Shown: piece by piece, positions 1 to 11,043 of the stretch
Numbering within the stretch: position 1 is the first letter of the stretch
Layout: every line of letters starts with the position of its first letter
Assembly: GCA_049424145.1 (NCBI GenBank)
Contig: JBMSSC010000094.1
Span: 1-11,043, forward strand
Reading direction: 5' to 3'
Source: Bdellovibrionia bacterium
Lineage (GTDB): Bacteria > Bdellovibrionota > UBA1018
DNA: 11,043 bases
Notes under the pieces: generated by a model
Database searches by the model: none
What the model was told of the DNA's origin: nothing
Seen by the model: only the letters and a program-made list of their open reading frames with translations
Position numbers and translations under genes: made by a program

Positions 1-35
1 TTCGGATGTCCAATTTTCGGGTGTGCAATTTTCGG
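1..35. repeat. 15-bp tandem repeat, truncated at the window edge
   Basis: ttcgg (1-5) | atgtccaattttcgg (6-20) | gtgtgcaattttcgg (21-35). The two complete units match at 13/15 positions. Confidence 0.6.
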
Positions 36-227
36 AGTCTTCCATCCTCATCTTGTCTCATCCTGACTTCTGCGCGTACTTTCCCACCTTCCATGGGTGA
101 CGTGTTGAGAAACTTGTCATTTCAAAATCACGAAGCGCCAAGTTTCCTGAACCTTCTTCGTGCTTTTACAGATTTCATCCCACATCTGTTTTGCGCGATC
201 GCTCGCGAACGAGGGAACCTTGTACCT

Positions 228-347
228 GCTTGATCATCGAACCATCTTCCCTTTAACGCTCTCAAATCCGGAAGGCAAGCGCTAACTTCCCCCTTCAATG
301 GCGGATTTGGAATTTTTAAACAGAAGACTCGAAGGCAAGATCACAGC
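228..347. repeat. Long imperfect inverted repeat / candidate structured RNA downstream of the operon
   Basis: tcttc(245-249)/gaaga(323-327), tttaa(252-256)/ttaaa(316-320) and caaatccg(263-270)/cggatttg(302-309) pair in one register. Additional pairs: gaagg(271-275)/ccttc(292-296), tcga(237-240)/tcga(329-332), tgatc(231-235)/gatca(339-343). Confidence 0.4.
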
Positions 348-643
348 TACCTCAACTCCTTCTTCATCACACGGTAAATTCGATAAAACGCGCCTACAAG
401 CCCCAGGATGAAGCCCAAAACCATAACCCAGTCCGAGGCATGGAGCTCAGCTTTCAACCAATACCCCAGTGCACCGCCCAGACCTGTGAATCCAATTAAG
501 TCCCCTAAGATCACCGCAAATAAGCCTAACTGTTGAAAAGGAGAGGCTTCTTTTTGATTCCCCAAACTCCCAGGCAGACCCTCCTGATTCGGCTCATCGG
601 AGGAGGGAAGATGGGATCTTTTCCGATTCAACGAGTCAGTCAT
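347..643 (-). CDS. AtpZ/AtpI-family (ATP synthase gene-1-like) small membrane protein
   Basis: Polar N-terminus, then two Gly-rich hydrophobic helices (GFTGLGGALGYWL...W...LGFILGLVGAFYRIYR) and a basic C-terminus, typical of this family. ATG at 643 (98 aa); the alternative TTG at 652 overlaps the upstream TGA. Confidence 0.7.
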   Translation of the reverse strand: MTDSLNRKRSHLPSSDEPNQEGLPGSLGNQKEASPFQQLGLFAVILGDLIGFTGLGGALGYWLKAELHASDWVMVLGFILGLVGAFYRIYRVMKKELR

Positions 644-648
644 CGGGG

Positions 649-1467
649 TCAACGCTTCTTCTGAGCCATTCTCTCACGAATCCGAATGAGTTTGATTTCG
701 ATGACGTTTTTTGCCGGATAAATATCTTTTAAGGCCAAGTAGTGGGCGTAAGCTTTCTCCATTTGACCTAACTCCTCTAGACAAGAGGCCACCCCAAAAC
801 GAGCCTCCGAGACCCACTCACTTTTTGGGTAGGAGCGAATGAACCTCTCATAGGCTTCCAGCGCCGACTTAAAGTACGCCGCCCGAGAAGCATGCGCTTC
901 GCTGTGCTGCGCTGCTCGACTAAAGTAGGCCGCTCCTAATTCAAAGGCCGCTTTTTCTGCCCAAACGGACTGGGGGTAGGTTTTCACCAGATCTTCAAAC
1001 ACGGCAATGGCTTTTTGAAACTGAAGCAGAAAAAAATGACTCTTTCCAATCCGAAACAAGAAATCTGGCGCATTCAACGTTTTTGGATGGGACTTAAGTA
1101 GCCCTTGATAATGAGCAATCGCTTGATCGTACTGCTCGGAGTTGAAATAGAGAATGTCTCCAATTTGAAGCTGAGCTTCCCAAACCAGAGGCTCATCGGA
1201 GCTTCCCTCTGAGAAGCTTTGGAACTTTTGAATCGCGCTGCCAAACTCTTTGAGAAAGAGTTTCTGAGTCATTGCAGCCCGATAGGTCGCTTGCAAGCCC
1301 AACTGACCTTTAGGGTCCTTGGTCATGACTTTTTCAAACTCAGCAACCGAAGCACTGTATTTGCCATCATCCCAGAGCTTCTCGGCCAGAAGGTAGTGGT
1401 TCTTCGCACTATCCACACTGCACGAACTCATGAGCGCTAAGGCTAAAAGCCCTAAAAAACGCCCCAT
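649..1467 (-). CDS. Tetratricopeptide-repeat lipoprotein (BamD/YfiO- or CpoB/YbgF-like)
   Basis: Start at MGRFLGLLALALMSSC (hydrophobic core plus lipobox-like Cys), 4 nt after the gyrA stop; alternative ATG at 1494. Repeated TPR-like helices ending in YP-x-S turns (KTYPQSVWAEKA, RSYPKSEWVSEARF). The ORF-track start at 1560 lies inside gyrA. Confidence 0.8.
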   Translation of the reverse strand: MGRFLGLLALALMSSCSVDSAKNHYLLAEKLWDDGKYSASVAEFEKVMTKDPKGQLGLQATYRAAMTQKLFLKEFGSAIQKFQSFSEGSSDEPLVWEAQLQIGDILYFNSEQYDQAIAHYQGLLKSHPKTLNAPDFLFRIGKSHFFLLQFQKAIAVFEDLVKTYPQSVWAEKAAFELGAAYFSRAAQHSEAHASRAAYFKSALEAYERFIRSYPKSEWVSEARFGVASCLEELGQMEKAYAHYLALKDIYPAKNVIEIKLIRIRERMAQKKR

Positions 1468-1471
1468 TCCA

Positions 1472-3991
1472 TCAATTGAGCGTCTCAGACCCATCTCCCA
1501 CTTCGGTTTCTGCCACAACCGATTCACTCTCCAAGGCAGCGGCTTCCGCCATATGCTCAAAAGAGACCAACTTCTCTGCTGTTCCCAGAGAAATGAGCCT
1601 CACTCCTTGAGTGTTTCGTCCCTGCTCGGAGATCTCGCCCACATGAATCCGAATCATCTGCCCCTTATTGGACACAAGCATCACGTCATCCTTCACTGAC
1701 ACCTGCCTGGATCCCATGATGAGCCCGTTTCTCTCACTGGTCTTCATGTTAATCACACCCACTCCGCCTCGATTTTGAAGGCGATACTCCGACACGGGCG
1801 TTCGTTTGCCATAACCATTTTCGGCCACCGTTAAGATCTCGTAATTCTTTCCCTCACCCTCCGTGGAATCCAAGACTTCCATGGAAACCACCTGATCCCC
1901 CTCAGCCAAGTTCATTCCAATCACGCCTCGAGCAGCTCGCCCCATAGGCCTTACGTCTTGTTCCTTAAACCGAATGCTCATCCCCTCTTTTGAGCAAAGG
2001 AAGATGTCATTGGTTCCCTGCGTGATTCGAGCACCCACCAACTCATCACCCTCGTCCGTAGATAAGGCCACCAAGCCAGCAGATCTCACATTCTTAAACT
2101 CACTTAAGGCCGTCTTCTTAATGATCCCGGCTCGAGTGACCATCACAATGGACTCATTCTCTCTAAACTCGCGCACGGGTAAAATGGCCTTAATCTTCTC
2201 TTGTGCTTGAAGTGCCACGAGGTTGACAATGGCTTTGCCTTTGGCGTTTCGTGACGCCTCGGGAACTTTGTAGACTTTCAACCAGTAGACGCGTCCTTTG
2301 TCCGTAAAACAGAGCAAGTAACTTAACGTGCTAGTTCGGTAAATGGCCGTAACAAAGTCTTCTTCCCCCGTGCTGACGGCTCGAACACCACGCCCACCAC
2401 GGTGCTGACTTTTAAATACATTCGGATCCGTCCGCTTAATGTAGCCCGCATGAGTGATGGAAACCAAAGCGTCTTCATCGGCAATCAGATCCTCAACATC
2501 AAAGTCCTTGGTAGCCCCGTGGACGATCTCCGTTTTTCTCTCATCCCCGTAGACTTTCTGAATCTCAAGAAGCTCTTTTTTAATCACTTCAAAAATCAAT
2601 GCCTCACTGCCTAAGATTCGCTTGAGTTCTTCAACCAAGACAAGAATCTGCCGATATTCGTCTAAAATCCGATCGCGCTCAAGGCCCGTTAACCGCTGAA
2701 GCCTCATCTCTAAGATAGCCTGTGCCTGAAGTTCACTGAACTCAAAGCGATCGATTAACTGCTCTCGGGCCTCATCCGCACTTTTAGATCCCTTAATTAA
2801 AGCAATAACCGGATCAATGTTTTCCACTGCCTTCTTTAAGCCCTCTAAAATATGGGCTCTGGCTTCAGCTTTCTTTAAGTCAAAGATCGTTCTTCGAGTC
2901 ACCACGTCTTTGCGGTGTTCAATGAAGGCCCAAAGCAGATCCTTTAAATTGAACGTTCGGGGCTGGTGATGATGAATGGCGAGCAGATTAATCCCAAAGG
3001 AGTCTTGCAGCTGGGTTAATTTATACAGCTGATTTAAGATCACGCTTGAGTTCTCACCCTTTCGGATCTCAATGACGATTCGCATACCCGTGCGATCCGA
3101 TTCGTCTCTGAGGTCTGAAATCCCCTCTAAGCGCTTATCTTTGACCAGGTCTGCAATCTTCTCAATGAGCTTAGCTTTATTCACTTGGTAGGGAAGCTCA
3201 GTGACGATGATTCGCTCACGATCCCCTTTCCAAATCTCAATCTCAGCTTTTCCCCGAAGCGTGATGGAGCCACGCCCAGTGAGGTAGGCGTCTCGAATTC
3301 CCTGAGCTCCCACAATGGACGCTCCAGTGGGAAAATCCGGTCCCTTCACAAACTCCATTAAGTCTTCCACTTTTAACGAAGGTTGATCAATTAGGGCAAC
3401 CGTTGCACTAATGACTTCTGAGAGGTTATGAGGGGGAATATTGGTGGCCATCCCAACTGCAATGCCTGAGGAGCCATTGATCAGCAGGTTCGGAATCCTA
3501 GCGGGCAGAACTTTGGGCTCACTTAAGCTATCGTCGTAGTTAGGAGCAAAATCGACGGTGTTTTTGTCAATGTCCGCTAATAATTCATCAGACAGCCTCG
3601 CCATGCGAATTTCCGTGTAACGCATGGCGGCTGGAGCGTCCCCATCGATGGATCCAAAGTTTCCCTGCCCATCAATGAGCGTGTACCTCAGAGAAAAGTC
3701 CTGAGCCATTCTCACAATCGTGTCATAGACAGCCACATCGCCATGGGGATGGTATTTACCGATCACATCCCCGACCACACGAGCGGATTTTTTATAGGGC
3801 TTGTTATACGAATTGCCCAAATCATACATGGCATAGAGCACTCGCCGATGCACCGGCTTGAGCCCATCTCTGACATCCGGAAGAGCTCGCCCCACAATCA
3901 CGCTCATGGCGTAATCGAGGTAGGCGCCCCTCATCTCGTCTTCAATTTTTACGGTTACAACGTTTTTTTCCTGAGATGTGATTTCATCCAT
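1472..3991 (-). CDS. gyrA: DNA gyrase subunit A
   Basis: [32 protein letters not shown], catalytic AAMRY, GyrA-box QHRGGRG and C-terminal pinwheel repeats; 839 aa. Confidence 0.99.
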   Translation of the reverse strand: MDEITSQEKNVVTVKIEDEMRGAYLDYAMSVIVGRALPDVRDGLKPVHRRVLYAMYDLGNSYNKPYKKSARVVGDVIGKYHPHGDVAVYDTIVRMAQDFSLRYTLIDGQGNFGSIDGDAPAAMRYTEIRMARLSDELLADIDKNTVDFAPNYDDSLSEPKVLPARIPNLLINGSSGIAVGMATNIPPHNLSEVISATVALIDQPSLKVEDLMEFVKGPDFPTGASIVGAQGIRDAYLTGRGSITLRGKAEIEIWKGDRERIIVTELPYQVNKAKLIEKIADLVKDKRLEGISDLRDESDRTGMRIVIEIRKGENSSVILNQLYKLTQLQDSFGINLLAIHHHQPRTFNLKDLLWAFIEHRKDVVTRRTIFDLKKAEARAHILEGLKKAVENIDPVIALIKGSKSADEAREQLIDRFEFSELQAQAILEMRLQRLTGLERDRILDEYRQILVLVEELKRILGSEALIFEVIKKELLEIQKVYGDERKTEIVHGATKDFDVEDLIADEDALVSITHAGYIKRTDPNVFKSQHRGGRGVRAVSTGEEDFVTAIYRTSTLSYLLCFTDKGRVYWLKVYKVPEASRNAKGKAIVNLVALQAQEKIKAILPVREFRENESIVMVTRAGIIKKTALSEFKNVRSAGLVALSTDEGDELVGARITQGTNDIFLCSKEGMSIRFKEQDVRPMGRAARGVIGMNLAEGDQVVSMEVLDSTEGEGKNYEILTVAENGYGKRTPVSEYRLQNRGGVGVINMKTSERNGLIMGSRQVSVKDDVMLVSNKGQMIRIHVGEISEQGRNTQGVRLISLGTAEKLVSFEHMAEAAALESESVVAETEVGDGSETLN

Positions 3992-3997
3992 TTTTTT

Positions 3998-8677
<4,680 letters not shown>

Positions 8678-8687
8678 GCCTCAAAAG

Positions 8688-9794
8688 CTAAATCCGCATC
8701 GGCATGATCACATAGGTGTGATTTTGCTGTCCCACTTCGCGAATCAGTCCTGGGCTCAACCGATCTTTTAGGTGGAATTCGATTTTTTCAGCTTTCATAA
8801 CCCCGAGGTTTTCAAGCAAGTACTTGGAGTTAAATCCAATTTCAATGGGATTTCCCTGGTATTCAATATCCAGCTCCTCTCGAGCTTCTCCCATATCGGG
8901 GTTACTGGAGGAAATCACCAAGGAATCAGGCTGAATCAAAAACTTCACGCCCCGACTTTTTTCATTCGCAAGGAGGCTCACGCGTTTCAGCGCAGAGTTG
9001 AGTTCCTGTCGGTTCATTTTCAAAATCTGATCCGTATTCTTTGGGATCACCGGACGGTAATCAGGGTATTCTCCTTCGATTAATCGAATGAATAAATAGG
9101 AGCTCGCAGAGCGAACAAACAAGTAGCCTCTCTCAAAAGCAAGACCAACTTGAGCAACGCCTTCGTCTAAAAACTTTCTAAACTCCCCTAAGCCTTTTCT
9201 TGGGATAATTACACCCGTTTTTAACTCAGGCTGATTTAAAAAAACTTCTTGATCGACAAACGATAAACGGTGTCCGTCGGTTGCCGTCATTCGCATCAAG
9301 CTGTTTTGAAGCTTTTCAAAATACACCCCGTTGATGTGATAACGAGTGGCATCGGTTGAAGCAGCAAACTGTGTGCGATCAATCATGTTGATCAAGGCTT
9401 CTGTTTTTGCCTCAAAGTAGGGCTTGTCCTCAAAACTAGGCAACGAGGGGTATTGATCCGCAGGCAAGCTCACGACGTTGAATTTAGATTTTCCACAAAC
9501 CAATTCGATCCAACTGTTTTCTTTTTGAGCTAGTTTTAATTTCTTCTCAGGCAATTCTTTGACGATTTCTAAAAAATGCTTGGCGGAAAGCGTGATCTTA
9601 CCTTCCACTTCGGTTTCAACCGGTAGAGAAACCTTGATGCCCACTTCCAAGTCTGTTGAACACAAAGAGAGCTCCTGATTTTTGAGAATGCACAAAATAT
9701 TTCCCAAAATTGGAACTGTGTTTTTTTTCTCCACGACAGATTCAACTTTTTGCAGAGCTTCTAATAGGGGTGAGCGGTCAATCGAAAAAATCAT
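8688..9794 (-). CDS. dnaN: DNA polymerase III beta sliding clamp
   Basis: PILGN, STDLEVG, ATDGHRL, RLIEGEYPDY..VIP, GFNSKYL, C-terminal VIMPMRI. True start is most likely the ATG at 9794 (MIFSIDR, 368 aa) with GAGGA upstream. Confidence 0.98.
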   Translation of the reverse strand: MIFSIDRSPLLEALQKVESVVEKKNTVPILGNILCILKNQELSLCSTDLEVGIKVSLPVETEVEGKITLSAKHFLEIVKELPEKKLKLAQKENSWIELVCGKSKFNVVSLPADQYPSLPSFEDKPYFEAKTEALINMIDRTQFAASTDATRYHINGVYFEKLQNSLMRMTATDGHRLSFVDQEVFLNQPELKTGVIIPRKGLGEFRKFLDEGVAQVGLAFERGYLFVRSASSYLFIRLIEGEYPDYRPVIPKNTDQILKMNRQELNSALKRVSLLANEKSRGVKFLIQPDSLVISSSNPDMGEAREELDIEYQGNPIEIGFNSKYLLENLGVMKAEKIEFHLKDRLSPGLIREVGQQNHTYVIMPMRI

Positions 9795-9997
9795 TCTTTC
9801 ACATCCTCTTCCATCGATTGCCCTTTCTAACACTAACCGTACGACGGCTCCACTCAAAGTTCGTTTCAAAGCCCAGAATCTTGGAGCGCTTCTGGTTGCT
9901 AAAAACGACTTTCTTTGTCATCTTTTAAGTGGATTAAAATAATACACAATTATTTTTTCAACACATTTTCTCCCTAAAACAGAAGATATAAATCTTA

Positions 9998-10033
9998 TAG
10001 TAGTAGTAGTAGGGCCTGTGGATAAGTGGATAA
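9998..10033 (+). promoter_or_regulatory. Basal unwinding system: DnaA-trios, GC spacer and tandem DnaA boxes
   Basis: (TAG)5 at 9998-10012, GGCC at 10013-10016, TGTGGATAA at 10017-10025 and AGTGGATAA at 10025-10033. The AT-rich tract ~9935-9997 is the candidate unwinding region. Confidence 0.9.
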
Positions 10034-10067
10034 CTCACTTAAAAATATGAAATCATTGAAGAAAGTG

Positions 10068-10182
10068 TGTGGATAACTCTGTGGATAACCGTGTGGATAA
10101 CTTTTTGAAAATGTGGATAACTTGATTTTTTAAACACAAAAAAAAGTTATCCACACACTTATCCACACAGAAATGTGGATAA
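10068..10182. promoter_or_regulatory. DnaA-box module A (7 perfect boxes)
   Basis: Boxes at 10068/10080/10092 (12-bp period) and 10112; inverted boxes at 10147/10159; a further box at 10174. Confidence 0.9.
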
Positions 10183-10370
10183 CTTTTGATCTCATAGTAT
10201 GGAACTCGGTTATTGGCCAAAAAATGGCCTTATTTTTGGGTCAAAAAATGAGTTATCCACATAGACCCAGTATTCGACTCTACTATTAAAATTTTTTAGA
10301 ATTTAGATAAGTTGAAGAAAAATGTGGATAACTCTATAAGATATTAAAAACAAACAATTTTTTGGCAGTC

Positions 10371-10471
10371 ATTTTGTGGATAAGTATGTGGATAACCGTG
10401 TGGATAACGTGTGGATAACTTTTTTCGAAAAAAGTTATCCACATACTTATCCACATACTTATCCACAAAAT
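10371..10471. repeat. DnaA-box module B: quasi-palindromic array of 7 perfect boxes
   Basis: Perfect 34-bp palindrome TGTGGATAACTTTTTTCGAAAAAAGTTATCCACA at 10410-10443, inside perfect 25-bp inverted arms at 10371-10395 and 10447-10471. Confidence 0.9.
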
Positions 10472-10478
10472 TTTGATT
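10466..10478 (-). promoter_or_regulatory. Putative IHF binding site
   Basis: Minus strand reads AATCAA-AATT-TTG, an exact match to WATCAANNNNTTR. The consensus is degenerate and the region is AT-rich, so a chance match is possible. Confidence 0.35.
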
Positions 10479-10843
10479 GTTTACTAAAATAATAGGGCAT
10501 TGAGCCCAAAAAAGTAAAAAAATCGCATCAATAGTAGACTGTTTAAGTTTTATAATAATTTCAGTTTCTGAGTAAACCTAAACAATACCGGAGAGAAAAA
10601 ATCAGATCAAAGAGATATCGAAGGCGATTTTTATGGCCCTCCGTTTGATTTTTTTGATTCTGTACTAAAAGTGTCAATTTTTGATTACGGGTTTTTCGGA
10701 GGCTGAAAAGGGCGGTTGAGCATTCTCAAGCGGATGTGCGAAGTCAACTGTGTCTTTTTTTACCCACTGAGGTCTAACCCTATCTTGGTTTCTTGAATTA
10801 ATTCAGTCTTTTAAAGAAAGAGACAAAAATAGTCAATTATTTC

Positions 10844-10871
10844 TTGAGTTTAATCTCTCCTCCGCCGAAAA
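10844..10871 (+). promoter_or_regulatory. Putative sigma28 (FliA)-type promoter
   Basis: TTGAGTTT-N12-GCCGAAAA compared with consensus TAAAGTTT-N11-GCCGATAA; the ATG follows after 7 nt. Confidence 0.35.
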
Positions 10872-10878
10872 TAAAGGT

Positions 10879-11043
10879 ATGACTGTCCTGAGAAATGACC
10901 TCTGTCATTTTCAATGGAGCAAAGCACGTGGGGCTCTTGTGGTGCTCAAGAGCCTGAGTGGAGTGCTTTTGGGGATTCTTGGATGGACCTCACCTAGCTT
11001 GGCTTCCGACATCTCTCAGTCTTTCACCTATCAAGGGAAATTG
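10879..11043 (+). CDS. 5' fragment of a secreted protein, possibly a Bdellovibrionota-type fibre/adhesin (runs off the window)
   Basis: Open frame absent from the ORF track: MTVLRNDLCHFQWSKARGALVVLKSLSGVLLGILGWTSPSLASDISQSFTYQGKL... It has a basic region, a hydrophobic core and an SLA|S cleavage-like site, followed by FTYQGKL. Confidence 0.6.
   Translation, partial: MTVLRNDLCHFQWSKARGALVVLKSLSGVLLGILGWTSPSLASDISQSFTYQGKL

Larger units (their letters stand above)
9930..10478. other. Chromosomal replication origin oriC
   Basis: Non-coding AT-rich region upstream of dnaN. 17 perfect DnaA boxes: TGTGGATAA at 10017, 10068, 10080, 10092, 10112, 10174, 10323, 10375, 10387, 10399, 10410; TTATCCACA at 10147, 10159, 10253, 10435, 10447, 10459. 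One 1-mismatch box at 10025, plus DnaA-trios and an AT-rich stretch. Confidence 0.95.

Noticed and set aside
6..233. 75-aa plus-strand ORF
   Set aside because: No recognisable family or assessable RBS, and it starts within the tandem repeat; unsupported.
1495..1560. Upstream start of the TPR ORF at 1560
   Set aside because: It lies well inside gyrA; the lipoprotein signal fits a start at 1467 (or 1494).
9795..9869. 25-aa N-terminal extension of DnaN in the ORF track
   Set aside because: Clamp-like sequence begins at MIFSIDR (ATG 9794), which has an RBS and gives a typical 368 aa.
9928..9963. Degenerate DnaA boxes (agtggatta, ttttcaaca)
   Set aside because: Both are mismatched and lie in AT-rich DNA, so they cannot be told apart from chance; not counted.
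10253..10290. Second, opposite-strand DnaA-trio set (minus-strand TAATAGTAG)
   Set aside because: Only about three trios, ~18 nt from a single box, without the tandem-box/GC-spacer layout.
10017..10467. Repeat array as a CRISPR array or plasmid iterons
   Set aside because: The units are 9-bp DnaA boxes in both orientations with short or irregular spacers; no cas or rep gene is present.
9930..10620. Dam/SeqA-type GATC enrichment at the origin
   Set aside because: Only about two GATC sites are seen (near 10188 and 10605); there is no enrichment.

Overview
Chromosomal replication-origin region of a bacterium; gene order and protein style suggest Bdellovibrionota or a related lineage (inference). 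The minus strand carries a tightly packed, probably co-transcribed run: dnaN-recF-gyrB-fabH-gyrA-TPR lipoprotein-AtpZ/AtpI-family gene. Upstream of dnaN is a clear oriC (~9930-10480) with an AT-rich stretch, five DnaA-trios, a GGCC spacer, tandem DnaA boxes and 17 perfect DnaA boxes in total. Most boxes lie in two related, inverted, 12-bp-phased modules, one with a perfect 34-bp palindrome and an IHF-consensus site. Unusual points: fabH is inserted between gyrB and gyrA with apparent translational coupling; no dnaA flanks the origin, and a divergent secreted-protein gene (possibly a fibre/adhesin) starts there instead; both gyrase subunits have substitutions at classic drug-contact residues (E. 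coli GyrA S83 and GyrB R136 equivalents); and the atpZ-like gene is followed by a long imperfect hairpin rather than directly by Fo genes.
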